A DNA stretch of 64,000 nt from Protoeuglena noctilucae. Taxonomy: Eukaryota. The translations under genes were made by a program, and so were the position numbers. This document shows, in pieces, positions 49,680-60,460 of the stretch. The notes below the pieces were generated by a model, which was given only the letters and a program-made list of their open reading frames with translations, was not told the origin of the DNA and did no database searches. The DNA is taken from positions 124,001-188,000 of the forward strand of contig OY253672.1 in assembly GCA_958009085.1 (NCBI GenBank), given 5' to 3'. Every line of letters starts with the position of its first letter. Within the stretch, counting starts at the first letter, position 1.

Positions 49680-49941
49680 GCTCAATGCAAGTGTCACAGG
49701 CTGGGGGACTGGGGCCAGCGGGGGGCTCGCGATGCGCCCTTGGGCGCGCGACACGCCGTGACTGGCGCACGAGTCAGGGCAGACAAGCGACGTCTGCCCC
49801 CAACGAGGGCGCCTTCGAACCGCTTTCATCGCCGCAGACCCGGCCACGGCGACACATCGCACTAATTGTCCCAGCGCTGCTCACACACGGGCCGCTTGCA
49901 TTGACACACTAGCCAGCCCTTGGAGCGCATCTTCGGGGCAG

Positions 49942-51877
49942 ATGCGGCTCGCATTGGCAACGGCACTGCTCCTCTTGGCGGGGGCGTGCTGTGCCTGGGC
50001 CAAGGCCGTGCTGAGCGATGCGGAGCTGCGCGATGTACTTGCCGAAGCGGATGCGATGGAGGATTGGCTTGTCGGCATCCGCCGAGAGCTGCATCGGCGA
50101 CCGGAGACCATGTTCGAGGAGCACGAGACCAGCGCGGTGCGGCCTTGATTGTTTAGGGAGAGAATGCGCTCGTCTCACCGCGCACGCTCTCACGCTCTCA
50201 TCTCATGCTCTCACCATCATCACACTTCCCCCGATGCAGTTCATCCGTGGCGTCCTCGACGACCTCGGGATCCCCTACGAGTACCCCGTGGCCCGCACGT
50301 GAGGCTCCTCTTGGGAACAGCTGAGGGGAGGATGTGGGTATGGGCTGAAGCAAGCCCAGCTCGTGTACCTTCGCCTGCAGGGGCGTGGTGGGCACGATTG
50401 GCTCGGGTGCGCCGGTGGTGGCTCTGCGGACGGACATTGACGCGCTGCCGGTGCTGGAGCGGACGGGCCTGGAGTTCGCGTCGGAGCGGGAGGGCAAGAT
50501 GCACGCGTGCGGGCACGACGCGCACATGACGATGCTCCTGGGGGGTGCGCGGCTCCTGCAGCGCCGGGCACAGGCGGGGACGCTGCGTGGCACCGTGCGG
50601 CTCCTGTTCCAGCCGGCAGAGGAGGGCGGCGCGGGGGGCGACCTCATGGTGCAGGAGGGGGCGCTGGAGGACGTGGGCGCTGCCTTCGCGTTCCACGTGT
50701 GGCCCGCCATCCCGACCGGGCAGGTCGCCACCATGCCCTGCACCATCATGGCTGCGGCGGGGCAGTTCCGCGTGACGGGTTAGAGAGGGAGGGCAGCGTG
50801 GTGTGGACAGGGGCGCGCCGTGCCCCCGCCTGCAGCCCCGCCCTCGTCCCCCGCAGTGACGGGCAAGGGCGGCCACGCGGCCATGCCCCAGACGGTGGTG
50901 GACCCGATCGTGGCTGCCGCGGGCATCGTGGGCGCCGTACAGACCATCGTGTCCCGGGAGACGGATCCCCTGGGGTCGTCGGTGATCTCCGTCACTCGCA
51001 TCCACGCCGGTGAGGGGCAGCTGATGGCCCAGCGGGGGCAGTGGCACGGGAGCGCGAGCTCCTGCCCCTCAGTTACTCACGGGACGACCATTTGCAGGGG
51101 ATGCGTACAACGTCATCCCGGACGAGGTGGAGTTCGGTGGCACGCTGCGGGCCAGGGACGAGGCGACCATGGCGCGGCTGCGGGAGCGCTTCCAGGAGGT
51201 GGTGGAGCTGGAGGCGCGGGTGCACGGGTGCACGGCGACGGTGGACTGGATGGAGGACGTGATGCCGTACTACCCACCCACGGTCAACGATGCGCGCATG
51301 GCTGCCCTCGTGCAGTCGGTGGCGCAGGTGGGTGGCCGTGGTGCCGGGCCAGCGCGGGCCCTGCCACCCCGTCCGACACACGCCTGCCCTCCCCACCCCC
51401 GCAGCGTATGCTGGGGGCGGGGCGGGTGGAGGACGCCGCCCCGTCCATGGCGGGCGAGGATTTTGGCTTTATTACGCGGGTTCTGCCTGCCGCGTACACC
51501 TTCCTGGGGATCCGGAACGAGGACCTTGGGTCCGTCTGGCCGCTACACTCGCCTCGGTGCGTCGCTGAGGCTGCACGGCTGGCTGGCCTGCTATGGCCCC
51601 TCGATGCAGCTTCGCACGCGCTGCTGGCTGGCTTGTCATGGCCCCTCGATGCAGCTTCGCACGCGCTGCTGGCTGGCTTGTCATGGCCCCTCGATGCAGC
51701 TTCGCACGCGCTGCTGGCTGGCTTGTCATGGCCCCTCGATGCAGCTTCGCACGCGCTGCTGTTCTGACCCGCAGGTTCATGCTGGACGAGCGCGTGCTGC
51801 CGCTGGGCGCGGCACTGCACACCGCGCTGACGCTGGAGTGGCTGGGCAGTGCGGGCGCCGTGCACGCGGAGCTTTGA
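49942..51877 (+). CDS. M20D amidohydrolase (IAA-amino-acid hydrolase ILR1/IAR3-like) with signal peptide and C-terminal HAEL
   Basis: [64 protein letters not shown] and LHSP. Confidence 0.93.
51581..51760 (+). repeat. Intronic minisatellite, 45 bp x 4
   Basis: Unit GGCTGGCTTGTCATGGCCCCTCGATGCAGCTTCGCACGCGCTGCT; TCGATGCAGC recurs at 51601, 51646, 51691 and 51736. Confidence 0.95.
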
Positions 51878-52092
51878 CCTGCTTCGGTTGCATTCAATCT
51901 GGGCAAAGCACCGTCATGCCACATGGCCCTTGAAACGATACGCACCACTGGAGGGGCGGGTCACAGCCAGCACTGCGGGCGGAGACACAGCGGCAGGTCA
52001 AGATCGAGGAATCGGGCGCGGGCGCGGGAGAAGGGCGCATGGGATGGTCGCACGCACCTTAAGACTCCGTCATGGGCGGGGAAGCTCGCAAG

Positions 52093-52514
52093 CTAATGAT
52101 GACCGTGCGCCTTGCCGCCCCCGTGTGCCTGTCCGTGCCCGTGGCCATCTCCATGCCCGTGCCCGTGCCCGTGTCCGTGCCCGCCCCCTCTCAAGCTCAG
52201 CAGCTGATCAATGATGATGTACGCCCCCGCAATCCCTGCGGCCGTCCAGAGGGGCTCGTCACGCCGGGGATCGTCACCAGCAACCAGGCGATCTGACTCC
52301 GCGCCCCGCGCTGAGCGAGACGACGCGTCGGAGTGACTGCGGTCTGCCGCCTAAGGACGGACAGGGCGCGGGCGGCCGGGACAGCGGGGACAAGCGGGTG
52401 CGCGATGTCGCTCCCACCTATGCCGATGGTGAAGCCCCGGAACAGCATGGACGGCGTCCCTTGCAGGTTTGGGTCCCTCCTCCAAACATCGTACTTCCTC
52501 CAGTTGAACGCCAT
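52093..52514 (-). CDS. NDUFB3: Mitochondrial complex I subunit B12 (NDUFB3-like), two exons, Gly-His tail
   Basis: MAFNWRKYDVWRRDPNLQGTPSMLFRGFTIGI/GIAGAYIIIDQLL...GHGHGHGHGDGHGHG...HH*. Confidence 0.78.
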
Positions 52515-52785
52515 GTCCCCCGGCCGCGAGCCCGCCCCCCAAAGACCCTCAGTGCGCTCTCTCGCCTCGAAAAGCCGCGCGCCGACGAGACTCTCTTCAC
52601 GTGCCGGATTCCGTCATCTGCTGCCGGCCAGCGGCGTGTCCCGGGGGAGGAGAGCGCACTGGCGCTAGAAAACGCGATTTCGCCCGCCGCGCGCCACGCG
52701 AGCCGGCCAGGGCCTTCCCGTGGCCATTGCGGATCTGGAAGCGTCTCGCGTTGAACCCCACGTGCTGCATAGGAGGGGCGTCGAG

Positions 52786-53960
52786 ATGCTAGGCTGGTTG
52801 AGAGGGGGGAAGAAGGCGGGCGGCGACGTTGCCGCGGGGCAGGCGCTGTCGCCGAGCTCTGGTGATGACTTCGGGCATCCGTCTCCCTCGACGGTGGGTC
52901 CCCGCGCGCGCTCGCGGCGCGTCAGGGGACGCAGGCCGCACGCGGCTCCGGGTTGCCGATGTGCCGCTCCACGTGGCCGCCCGCGCCGCGCCATGGCGTC
53001 CTCGTGACACCCTTTGACTGGGACGGTGCTGCTCGTCGTAAGCCGCGCTGCCGATCTCCCTCGACACCGCGACGCCCGCCCTCGTCCCGTGGTGCGCAGA
53101 GCGAGGCCGCTCCGCTGCCGTCCGCGTCCCAGATGGCGAACCAGTCCCGCCTTTACAATCCTTACGACGGCCTGAGCATGCGCATGGATCGGGTGCGTGC
53201 TGCGCAAGCGTCTTGGGGCCCACGCTTCAGAGCAGCGGGGGGCCGAAGCCCCGAGACGCCGTCCGCCCCTATCCGCGCCCGCAGCTCGCCGTGGACAAGC
53301 TGTATCAGATGCCCACCACCGCCGAGTATGTGTTCACGGAGGAAGCCACGCGGAGGCGCCGCACGTGGTCCGACAACATGTGAGGCCGCAGCCCGAGGCG
53401 GCGTGCGAGTCAACCACGCCCGGTGATTGAAGCGACGCGCATCCGCACCCCCGCGCTCTCAGGGCCTTCTACACGGCGTGCGGTTGGGTGGGCGGGGGCT
53501 TCGCGGGCGGGCTGTACGGGGTCCTGGAGGGGTCGCGGGTGCCGGCGGACCTTCGCCTGGACACGACGCGGCTGCGGCTCAACCGCTACATCAACTGCGT
53601 GTCGCAGGCGAGGGGCAGAGGGGCTGGGCGAGGGCGGTGCGGCGCTCGCTTCCTGTGCCACGGTGGCACATTGCGTGACCCTGCGTCCCCCGCTGGCTGC
53701 AGAGGGGCCGGGCGGCTGCGAACGCGATTGGCGTGCTGGGGATGATGTTCGGTCTGGGCGAGTCGCTGGTGAAGGAGTTCGGGGAGAGCTACGTGCGGGT
53801 GGACTACCCCGGGGCGCTCGACACGATGCTGGCGGGCGCGGCCACGGGGGCGCTGTTCCGGTCGCCGAGGGGGCCGCGGCAGATGACGGTGGCGGCGGGG
53901 CTGGGGGCAGCCATGGGCGCGACGCTCTGCGGGGTGCGCTCGTTCGCCAGCTGGGCGTGA
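52786..53960 (+). CDS. TIM23: Mitochondrial inner-membrane translocase Tim23
   Basis: RLYNPYDGL, EYVFTEEATRRRRTWSDNM, TRLRLNRYIN, RGRAAANAIGVLG and AGAATGALFRSPRGPR. Confidence 0.9.
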
Positions 53961-54099
53961 GGGACAACCGCTTCGGATGTCTCGCCTGTGGGGTGCCTTG
54001 CTGCCGCGTCTGCCGACCAAATCCGCCGCTGCGGAGTATCTTAGCGCTGCATGTGCGGCCCAGTTTCAAGCACGAGTGTCCAACGGTACCAAGCGTGGT

Positions 54100-55672
54100 T
54101 CACGACGAGCCCAGCGCCGCGCTCTTCCTGCACTGCGCCCCCTCCTCCTCCGCCCGCACCAGCGCCGCCTCTGCCGCGCAGCACACGCGGTCGCACAGCG
54201 CGCGCCCGGGGGAGCCCTCGGCGTAGCCGCGTGCGAGGAGCGCGCCACTGCGGTGGGGGGACGACCGGGGCCAAGGTCGTGGGATGCGCCTCTGCCACCA
54301 TGCACGCAGCCACCCGCCTCCCGCGCCTCACCGGACATCCGCCACGAGGTCCCAGTCCACGGCGTACTCCATGGAGCGCAGGTGCCGCGACGAGGGCCCC
54401 TCGATGGCCGGCAGGAGCACCTCAGCCGCCGCCTCCACGCGGCCCTTCGCCGCGTAGGCCCTCGCCACGGCGCAGGCGTGGGTGCCCGCGTCGGGGGAAT
54501 CTGGCCCCGCGCCCGCGGCCGGCCCGCGCTCGAGCCAGGCGGGGAGGCGCGCGTGGGGGGCCGCGCTCAGCGCCGAGGCCGCCGCCCGCGCCGCCAGCGT
54601 CACCTGCCCCGCCCGGGGGCCCCACTCGCCCAGCGCCGCTGCCAGGAGCGACCAGGCCTCGGCAGCGGTCGGCACGTCCGACCCCGCTGCCGCAGGGGGG
54701 GCGGCGTGCTGCGCCACCGCCTGGTCTGCGACGGCCAGGGAAGCCCCGTCGTCCACACGCGGGCGCTTGGAGGGACGCGCGCGGCCCCCCTCGCGCGCGC
54801 CGTCCCCGTCGCCGTCGCCGGCATCCGCCAGCCTCGCCGCGTGCGCTGCCAACGCCGCGACCAGCGCCCCTGCGCGCTTCGGGAGGGCCGGGGCGAGCGG
54901 GGGGTTGCCCGAGGGGTGCAGTGCCCGGAGGAGCTTGGCAGCCGACTTGAAGAGCCCCGCCGCCAGGAGGGTCTGTGGGAGCGGCAGAGAGCGGCGGTGC
55001 TTGGAAGGTGCCCTGTGCATGTGCCAGGCTCTGAAGCCTGGCGCTGTCCTCTGCTCTGTTCGTGACCACGCTCACCCGGAATGCGGCGCTCTCTTCGGTC
55101 TCTCCGTCCCCCACCATCACCGCCACGCCCACTGCCGTCGCGCGCGCCCGCGCCCGCGCCACCGCCAGACGCACCCGCAGCTCCTCCAGCCCCACCGCCG
55201 CCGCCGGTGCCCCGCCCTCGGTGGGCGCCCAGACCCACCGCTGAGTGGCCGGCAGCGCGGCCAGGCACCCCACCGCCCCTGCCAGCGCTCGCCCAGCCGC
55301 CGCCTCGTCCCAGCCCCCGCCCCTCCCCGTGCCCCCGCCCCCCACCGCCGCGTGCAGCTGCATCGCCGCCTCCGCCGCGCCATGCCAGTCCCCCTGGCAC
55401 ACGCACAGGTCCCACAGCACGTGGAGAGGATGGGGGTCCGCGTGGGGAGAGGCCGCCGCAGCCGCGCGACGCAGCACCGTCTGCGAGCGAGGGCGGGGGA
55501 GCGGGTGTGGTGGCATCGCGAGCACCGCTGCATTCCGCCACAACGGCACCACTCAACAAACTCCCCCTCCCCAGTCATCCACCCCCGTCCGCCTCACCCG
55601 GACCTCGGCCGCCAGCACCACGGCGCCCTCCCCGCCCGCCGACCCCACGGCCCCCGACGCCGCGCGCACCCC
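54100..55672 (-). CDS. NUP160: Nucleoporin NUP160 C-terminal part (5' portion lost in gap)
   Basis: LWDLCVCQGDWHGAAEAAMQL...AVGCLAALPATQRWV...VGLEELRVRLAVARAR, TLLAAGLFKSAAKL, AWSLL...LPAWL...VARAYAAKGRVEAAAEVL follow the recalled Nup160 C-terminal motif order. Confidence 0.7.
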
Positions 55673-55872
55673 NNNNNNNNNNNNNNNNNNNNNNNNNNNN
55701 NNNNNNNNNNNNNNNNNNNNNNNNNNNNNNNNNNNNNNNNNNNNNNNNNNNNNNNNNNNNNNNNNNNNNNNNNNNNNNNNNNNNNNNNNNNNNNNNNNNN
55801 NNNNNNNNNNNNNNNNNNNNNNNNNNNNNNNNNNNNNNNNNNNNNNNNNNNNNNNNNNNNNNNNNNNNNNNN
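55673..55872. other. Assembly gap (200 N)
   Basis: Run of N. Confidence 0.99.
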
Positions 55873-58800
55873 GCCCCGACCGCGGCCCCGGCCCCGCCCC
55901 TGGGCTCGTCGTCGTAGGTGAGGCCGACGCGCACCCCCAGAGCGGCCGCCCGGGCCTCGTCCAGCGGCCGCAGCACGCAAGCCTCCACGCCCGGGTCCCC
56001 CAGCGCACGAGGCGGCAGCGCCCGCCCCCGCTCGTCGTACGGCTCCCCCCCCGCCGACTGCGGCGCGCGGTTCTCCGCCTCGGGATCCAGGGCTCCCGCG
56101 CCTGGGGAGCTGGGGCTGCCCCCGCCTGTGCTCGGCCCGGCGCCCGCACTCCCCGCTGCTGCCAGCACCGGCGCATTCTCCTTGTCCTCCGAGATTGGCG
56201 GGGCGGGCGTCGCCTGCGGCCGCGTCCCTTGGCCCGCCCCCGCCGCGGCAGCCGGGCCGTCCGTTCGGATGAAGCAGGTGTCCTCGCGGATGTCAAGCGA
56301 AAAGTCCCTGCGAAGGGGCGGGACTCGCAGCAAGGTTTGGATGGCGCCAAAGCCAGAGCAGGCGCGGCGGCACCCAACGCGCGCGCATGCGCAGGCCCGC
56401 ACCCGGCGTCTCCCTCCGCCCTTGCTCCCTGCCGGAACACCGTGTCCTCGTACAGCCCCAGCTCCTCTGCCTGGGCTGGCCCCCCGGTACCCATGGCTCC
56501 CAACGCAGGGCTCGGAGGCGCAGACCCGGCGCAGGCGGAGGGGGAGGCCCGCGCGCCGCTTGGGCCCCCGAACGCGCCATCGATGAGTGCCATGGCAGCC
56601 CTGGTGTTGACCGTCACGTCCCCCATCGCCGCCGCAGCACCCCCACCACCAAACGCCCCGTCGATCAGCGCCATCGCGGCCCTGGTGTTGACCGTCACGT
56701 CTCCCACAGCCGCAGCCACCGCGTCCGCCTCAGCGCCCCCCTCGGACGCCATACTCACGTCCGCCGCGCCCTCGCCCGACCCCCGCGCCTCCCCTCGCCA
56801 GGCCGCCCCGCTCCCCTCGCGCGGGACCGCACCCCTCCGCGCCATCCACGCTGCCAGCCGCGCCTCCTCGAAGCACCGCTCCGCGCCTGTCCCAGGCTCC
56901 ACCAGCAGCGACGGGTCGTAGCCGCGGAGGGCGTCCGCTGCCTTCACAGGCCCGGCCCTGGGAGAGATGGGAGCCGCGGGCGCTGCCCCTTCGGCCGGTG
57001 CCGCGCCGGGGGAGCTGGGCCCAGCCCGGCCCGGCGACGGCGGCGGGGGCTCGTGGAAGAACCGCAGAGGGTCCTTCTGGAGCTCCTCGAACGCCGCAGC
57101 CGATGCATCGAGCCTGCATAGGAAAGAGGAAGTGGCGTCATTTAGACAAATGCTTAAAAGGCCCTTCGCTACCCGCCACAGCACGCGCGGCCCTCGCCTC
57201 TGCCGCAGCGTGGCCCCCATCGGCCGCCGCGTGGCTCCGTCCGACTCCGCCGGCCCTCTGCTTGCGCCAGGCAGGTCATCGTCCATGTAGACGTCCAGCG
57301 CCGGGGCAGGGCCCACGGCGGCGCCGGGGAGGGGCGCGGGCAGCGCCTGCCCCGACCACTGCGCAGGTCGGAAGGGCGGCGGTTGTGCTCATGGCTGCTC
57401 CCCTGCCCCCGCCTCAGCCTTCCGCACCGTACGCTGGCTACCATAGCCACCCGTGCTACAAGGCACCCCTCCCAGCCTCGCCTGCGTCGCCCGCCGGGTG
57501 TTCTCCTTGGACCCCTCCGCCGCCGTCGGCAGCCGTGCCGGGAAGGCCCCCGCCCCCGCGCGCGGCAGGGGCGCAGGGCCCCTTGCGCCACCCCCACCTC
57601 CCGCAAACTCGTCGTCCATGAAGACCTCCAGGTGCTGCTGCCCGCTCCCGGCCGCCGCCGCCACGGCTGCTGCCGCCGCTGAGGCCCCCGGCCCCCCCGC
57701 GAGCCCCGTGGCCGTCCCAGCAACCCCGCTGCCGGGCCCCCGCTCTCCCAGCGCCCCCGCCCCGATGCCCCGCAGGCGCATGGCGCGTGCCTGGATCTCC
57801 AAGAGCGCAAACCGCACCGGCTCCGGTTCCGGCGGCGCCCCCGCCTCAGCCTGCCGCAGCCGTCGCCGCTCCATGCGCTGCTCGAACTCATCGCGGCGCT
57901 TGCGCAGGCGGGCGAGGGGCTGGGCCCGACGCCGGATGCCCTCGTCGTACACCTGAGGGCGGGATGGTGGCGGTGGGCGCGTTGGGGCGGGGCGTGAAGG
58001 CTGGGGTGTGTTAGGCAGAGCAGGGCTGCGGCCAAGGGTCTCACCTCCCGCGCGCGGGTGTGGGCCCCCTGGCGCTCCAGAAAGGCGGAGAAGGCCTCAA
58101 AGAAGAGGGCGTGGTCCTGGCCAATGTCACGGTCGCGGAGGAAGAGGAAGACTGCAGAGGGCAAGCGAGGGCTCGGCTTCGTCAGGGGGCGTAATCCGAG
58201 CAGCCAAGCCCCGGTGCCGACTGAGTGTTTAAGAGAGGCCCGTGCCAGGGGAAGGGGAGCCAGGGCCCACCGCCGCCCACCGGGTGCCCGCCTCACCGTC
58301 CAAAGGGTCGCGGAGGAAGTTGGCGTACTGCACCCACACGCGCAGGTACCGCACGTCCCGGGCGTACCGTGGGTGGCTGGCCAGCTCCCGGGTGCACCAC
58401 TCGAGCACTGGCAGCGCGGCGCGGTCGGCGCCGGAGGGGTAGGAGGCCAGCACCCACGCGATGTACTGCTGCCAGGGCACGATGGGGTCATCGCCCTGTG
58501 TCGGCAACGGGATCGGGCGCGGGTTTCCAGGGGCCACAGGGGCCCAAGGGGGCCAGTGGCGTCTGAGGGCCATGCGGCCCCCAAGCAAGGTGGGAGCGTT
58601 GGCAGTCGGAGGCGACATGCGAAACCCATGCACCAGGCGGCAACTGCGACTCCAGCACCCAAGACCCCCGCGCCGGGCATGTCCTCTCGCCTTGTACTGC
58701 TCGATGGCCTGGATGTGCCGCTGGCGCTCCAGCTCGAGAGCCGGCTCCGATCCGTCCTTGCTGTTGAGCGGCCGTGCATTCTGCGGGGCGGGGAGGCGGC

Positions 58801-59413
58801 GAGCGTGCTCCACGGCCGTGGGCGAGGCGCGGGACGGGTCAGCGCAGCGAAACGGGCGCTAAGCTCGATTCTGAGCATGGGGGCCATGATATCCGCTGGC
58901 GGGCGCTCTGCCAAGAGGACAATGTTTCCAAAACAACAACGGGAGGCGACATCAAGAAGCAGACCCCGGCAATGCGCCGCGATTCCAGCGGGATCCAGGA
59001 GCGCGTGCGCACGGATGGCAGCATGCTACGCGCAGCGGGGGGTGGGCTGGGGACTGCAAGTGGCCCGTCAAGATGCGGAAAGAATGAAGCTATTGGAAGG
59101 CACCCCCTGCCCGGCTTGCACAGGCCCCCGCGCCGGGGAAGGGCCGGGGAAAGGGAGGCCAGTTCAAACGGGAGCCCGAGCGACGCCGCGGAGGCCCGCG
59201 GAGGAGTCGCGGCGCACCACGCGCACCGAGGTTGCAATGAAAAGCGCGCTGGCATTGGCGCACACGAGGAATCGGGCGCCGCGGCGACGGCACCGCGCCG
59301 GCAGCGTTCCGCACCCTTCCCGCGCTGCCCCCGGGACTCGCCTCCATGGCCTTGGGGTCCCTGCCCTGCCTTAAAGGCTGGAAGTTCTCCTTGCTCGCGT
59401 CCCACACGTCCAT
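55873..59413 (-). CDS. BUB1: BUB1/MAD3 (MadBub) spindle-checkpoint protein, 3' end lost in gap
   Basis: MDVWDASKENFQPLRQGR (KEN1), TPR region GDDPIVPWQQYIAW...RYARDVRYLRVWVQYA...IGQDHALFFEAF, ABBA-like LEVFMDDEF and LDVYMDDD, second KEN, GLEBS-like ERCFEEAR, and CD1-like TVNTRAAMALIDGAF. Confidence 0.92.
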
Positions 59414-60460
59414 GGAGCCCCGCGTTCGCTCCCCGAGGGGTCCCCGACACTCGAGAGCTCTGCGCGACGCGGCTGACCGCCGTGCGTCCCGCCCACGGTA
59501 CTCGCGACCTCTAAATCGAACGATGAGCGCGGAAAGCGAGACGTGGGGAGCGCTGATCCAGCCGGCGCGACGGGGTCGGGTCTCGCAGCCAGGAGCTTCA
59601 ACGCCTCGCGCAGCCCGGACAGCGCGCGCCGAACAAAGCAGGGGCGGCTCGCGGTTTTTCGCACGATCGATGAACGCGGCGGCGAGGTCTGTGCCTTGAA
59701 CGAAGCCCTGTCTCGGACGTTTGAGCGGCTCGATCTGTTGTCAGCTGATAGACGGAAGTCAAATTCCCAGGGCGGGAAAAGTGCCAGTGGCTTCGCCAGG
59801 GGTCGTCTATGCCGGGCACCGTCTTATTTACGACAATTATTACCAACCAGTTGCGTCCGCCTTGTTCAGTTGCCGCGACGGGCGCCAGCCTGTAGTTCAT
59901 GTCCCTGGCCAGGACCGGGGTCGCGTCTACTCTGTGCTTCTCGCCGCGCCAAAGCTTTGGACGCCTTCTGCTGTGCCTGCGTGCCCTCAAGACGCGCGGC
60001 GCCATCGCCGGAGGCTTGCAACACGTGCCAGTGCTCTCCGCGCCCCTCCCTGCGCCCCAGGTGCGCGCCGACACCGCTGTGGCCCTGTATCTGTGCGGTG
60101 CGTAACTACCGCGGTGCGCTGGCAAACACATCGCGAAGCCCCCTGCCGCCGCGTGCACAGCAGGCACGTCGGGGGCCGCGCACACTCTTTATGCGCTTAC
60201 CCCTCGGTGCCGGGAACCCCTTGGCGCCCTCCCACGTGCGCACCACTTCTGCGAAGCAGCTGGCGAAGCCCATTTGGGCGCCCACGCCCAGTTCAGCATC
60301 GCTCGATCGGTGAGCGCTGCGCGACCCGAGCAGTCGAGTCAGCGCGGCTTATTTGCCATTCAGCGTTCGGAAGACTCGCTATATCCAGCTTGAGAGGCGC
60401 GGTTCAGATGCGACTCGCGGCTTGGCGGCGTCCAGGCGGGGATATCACGAGCGCGGTCAA

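Noticed and set aside
51581..51760. CRISPR-like array
   Set aside because: Head-to-tail repeats with no unique spacers, inside a eukaryotic intron; the same applies to the repeats at 30007 and 32340.
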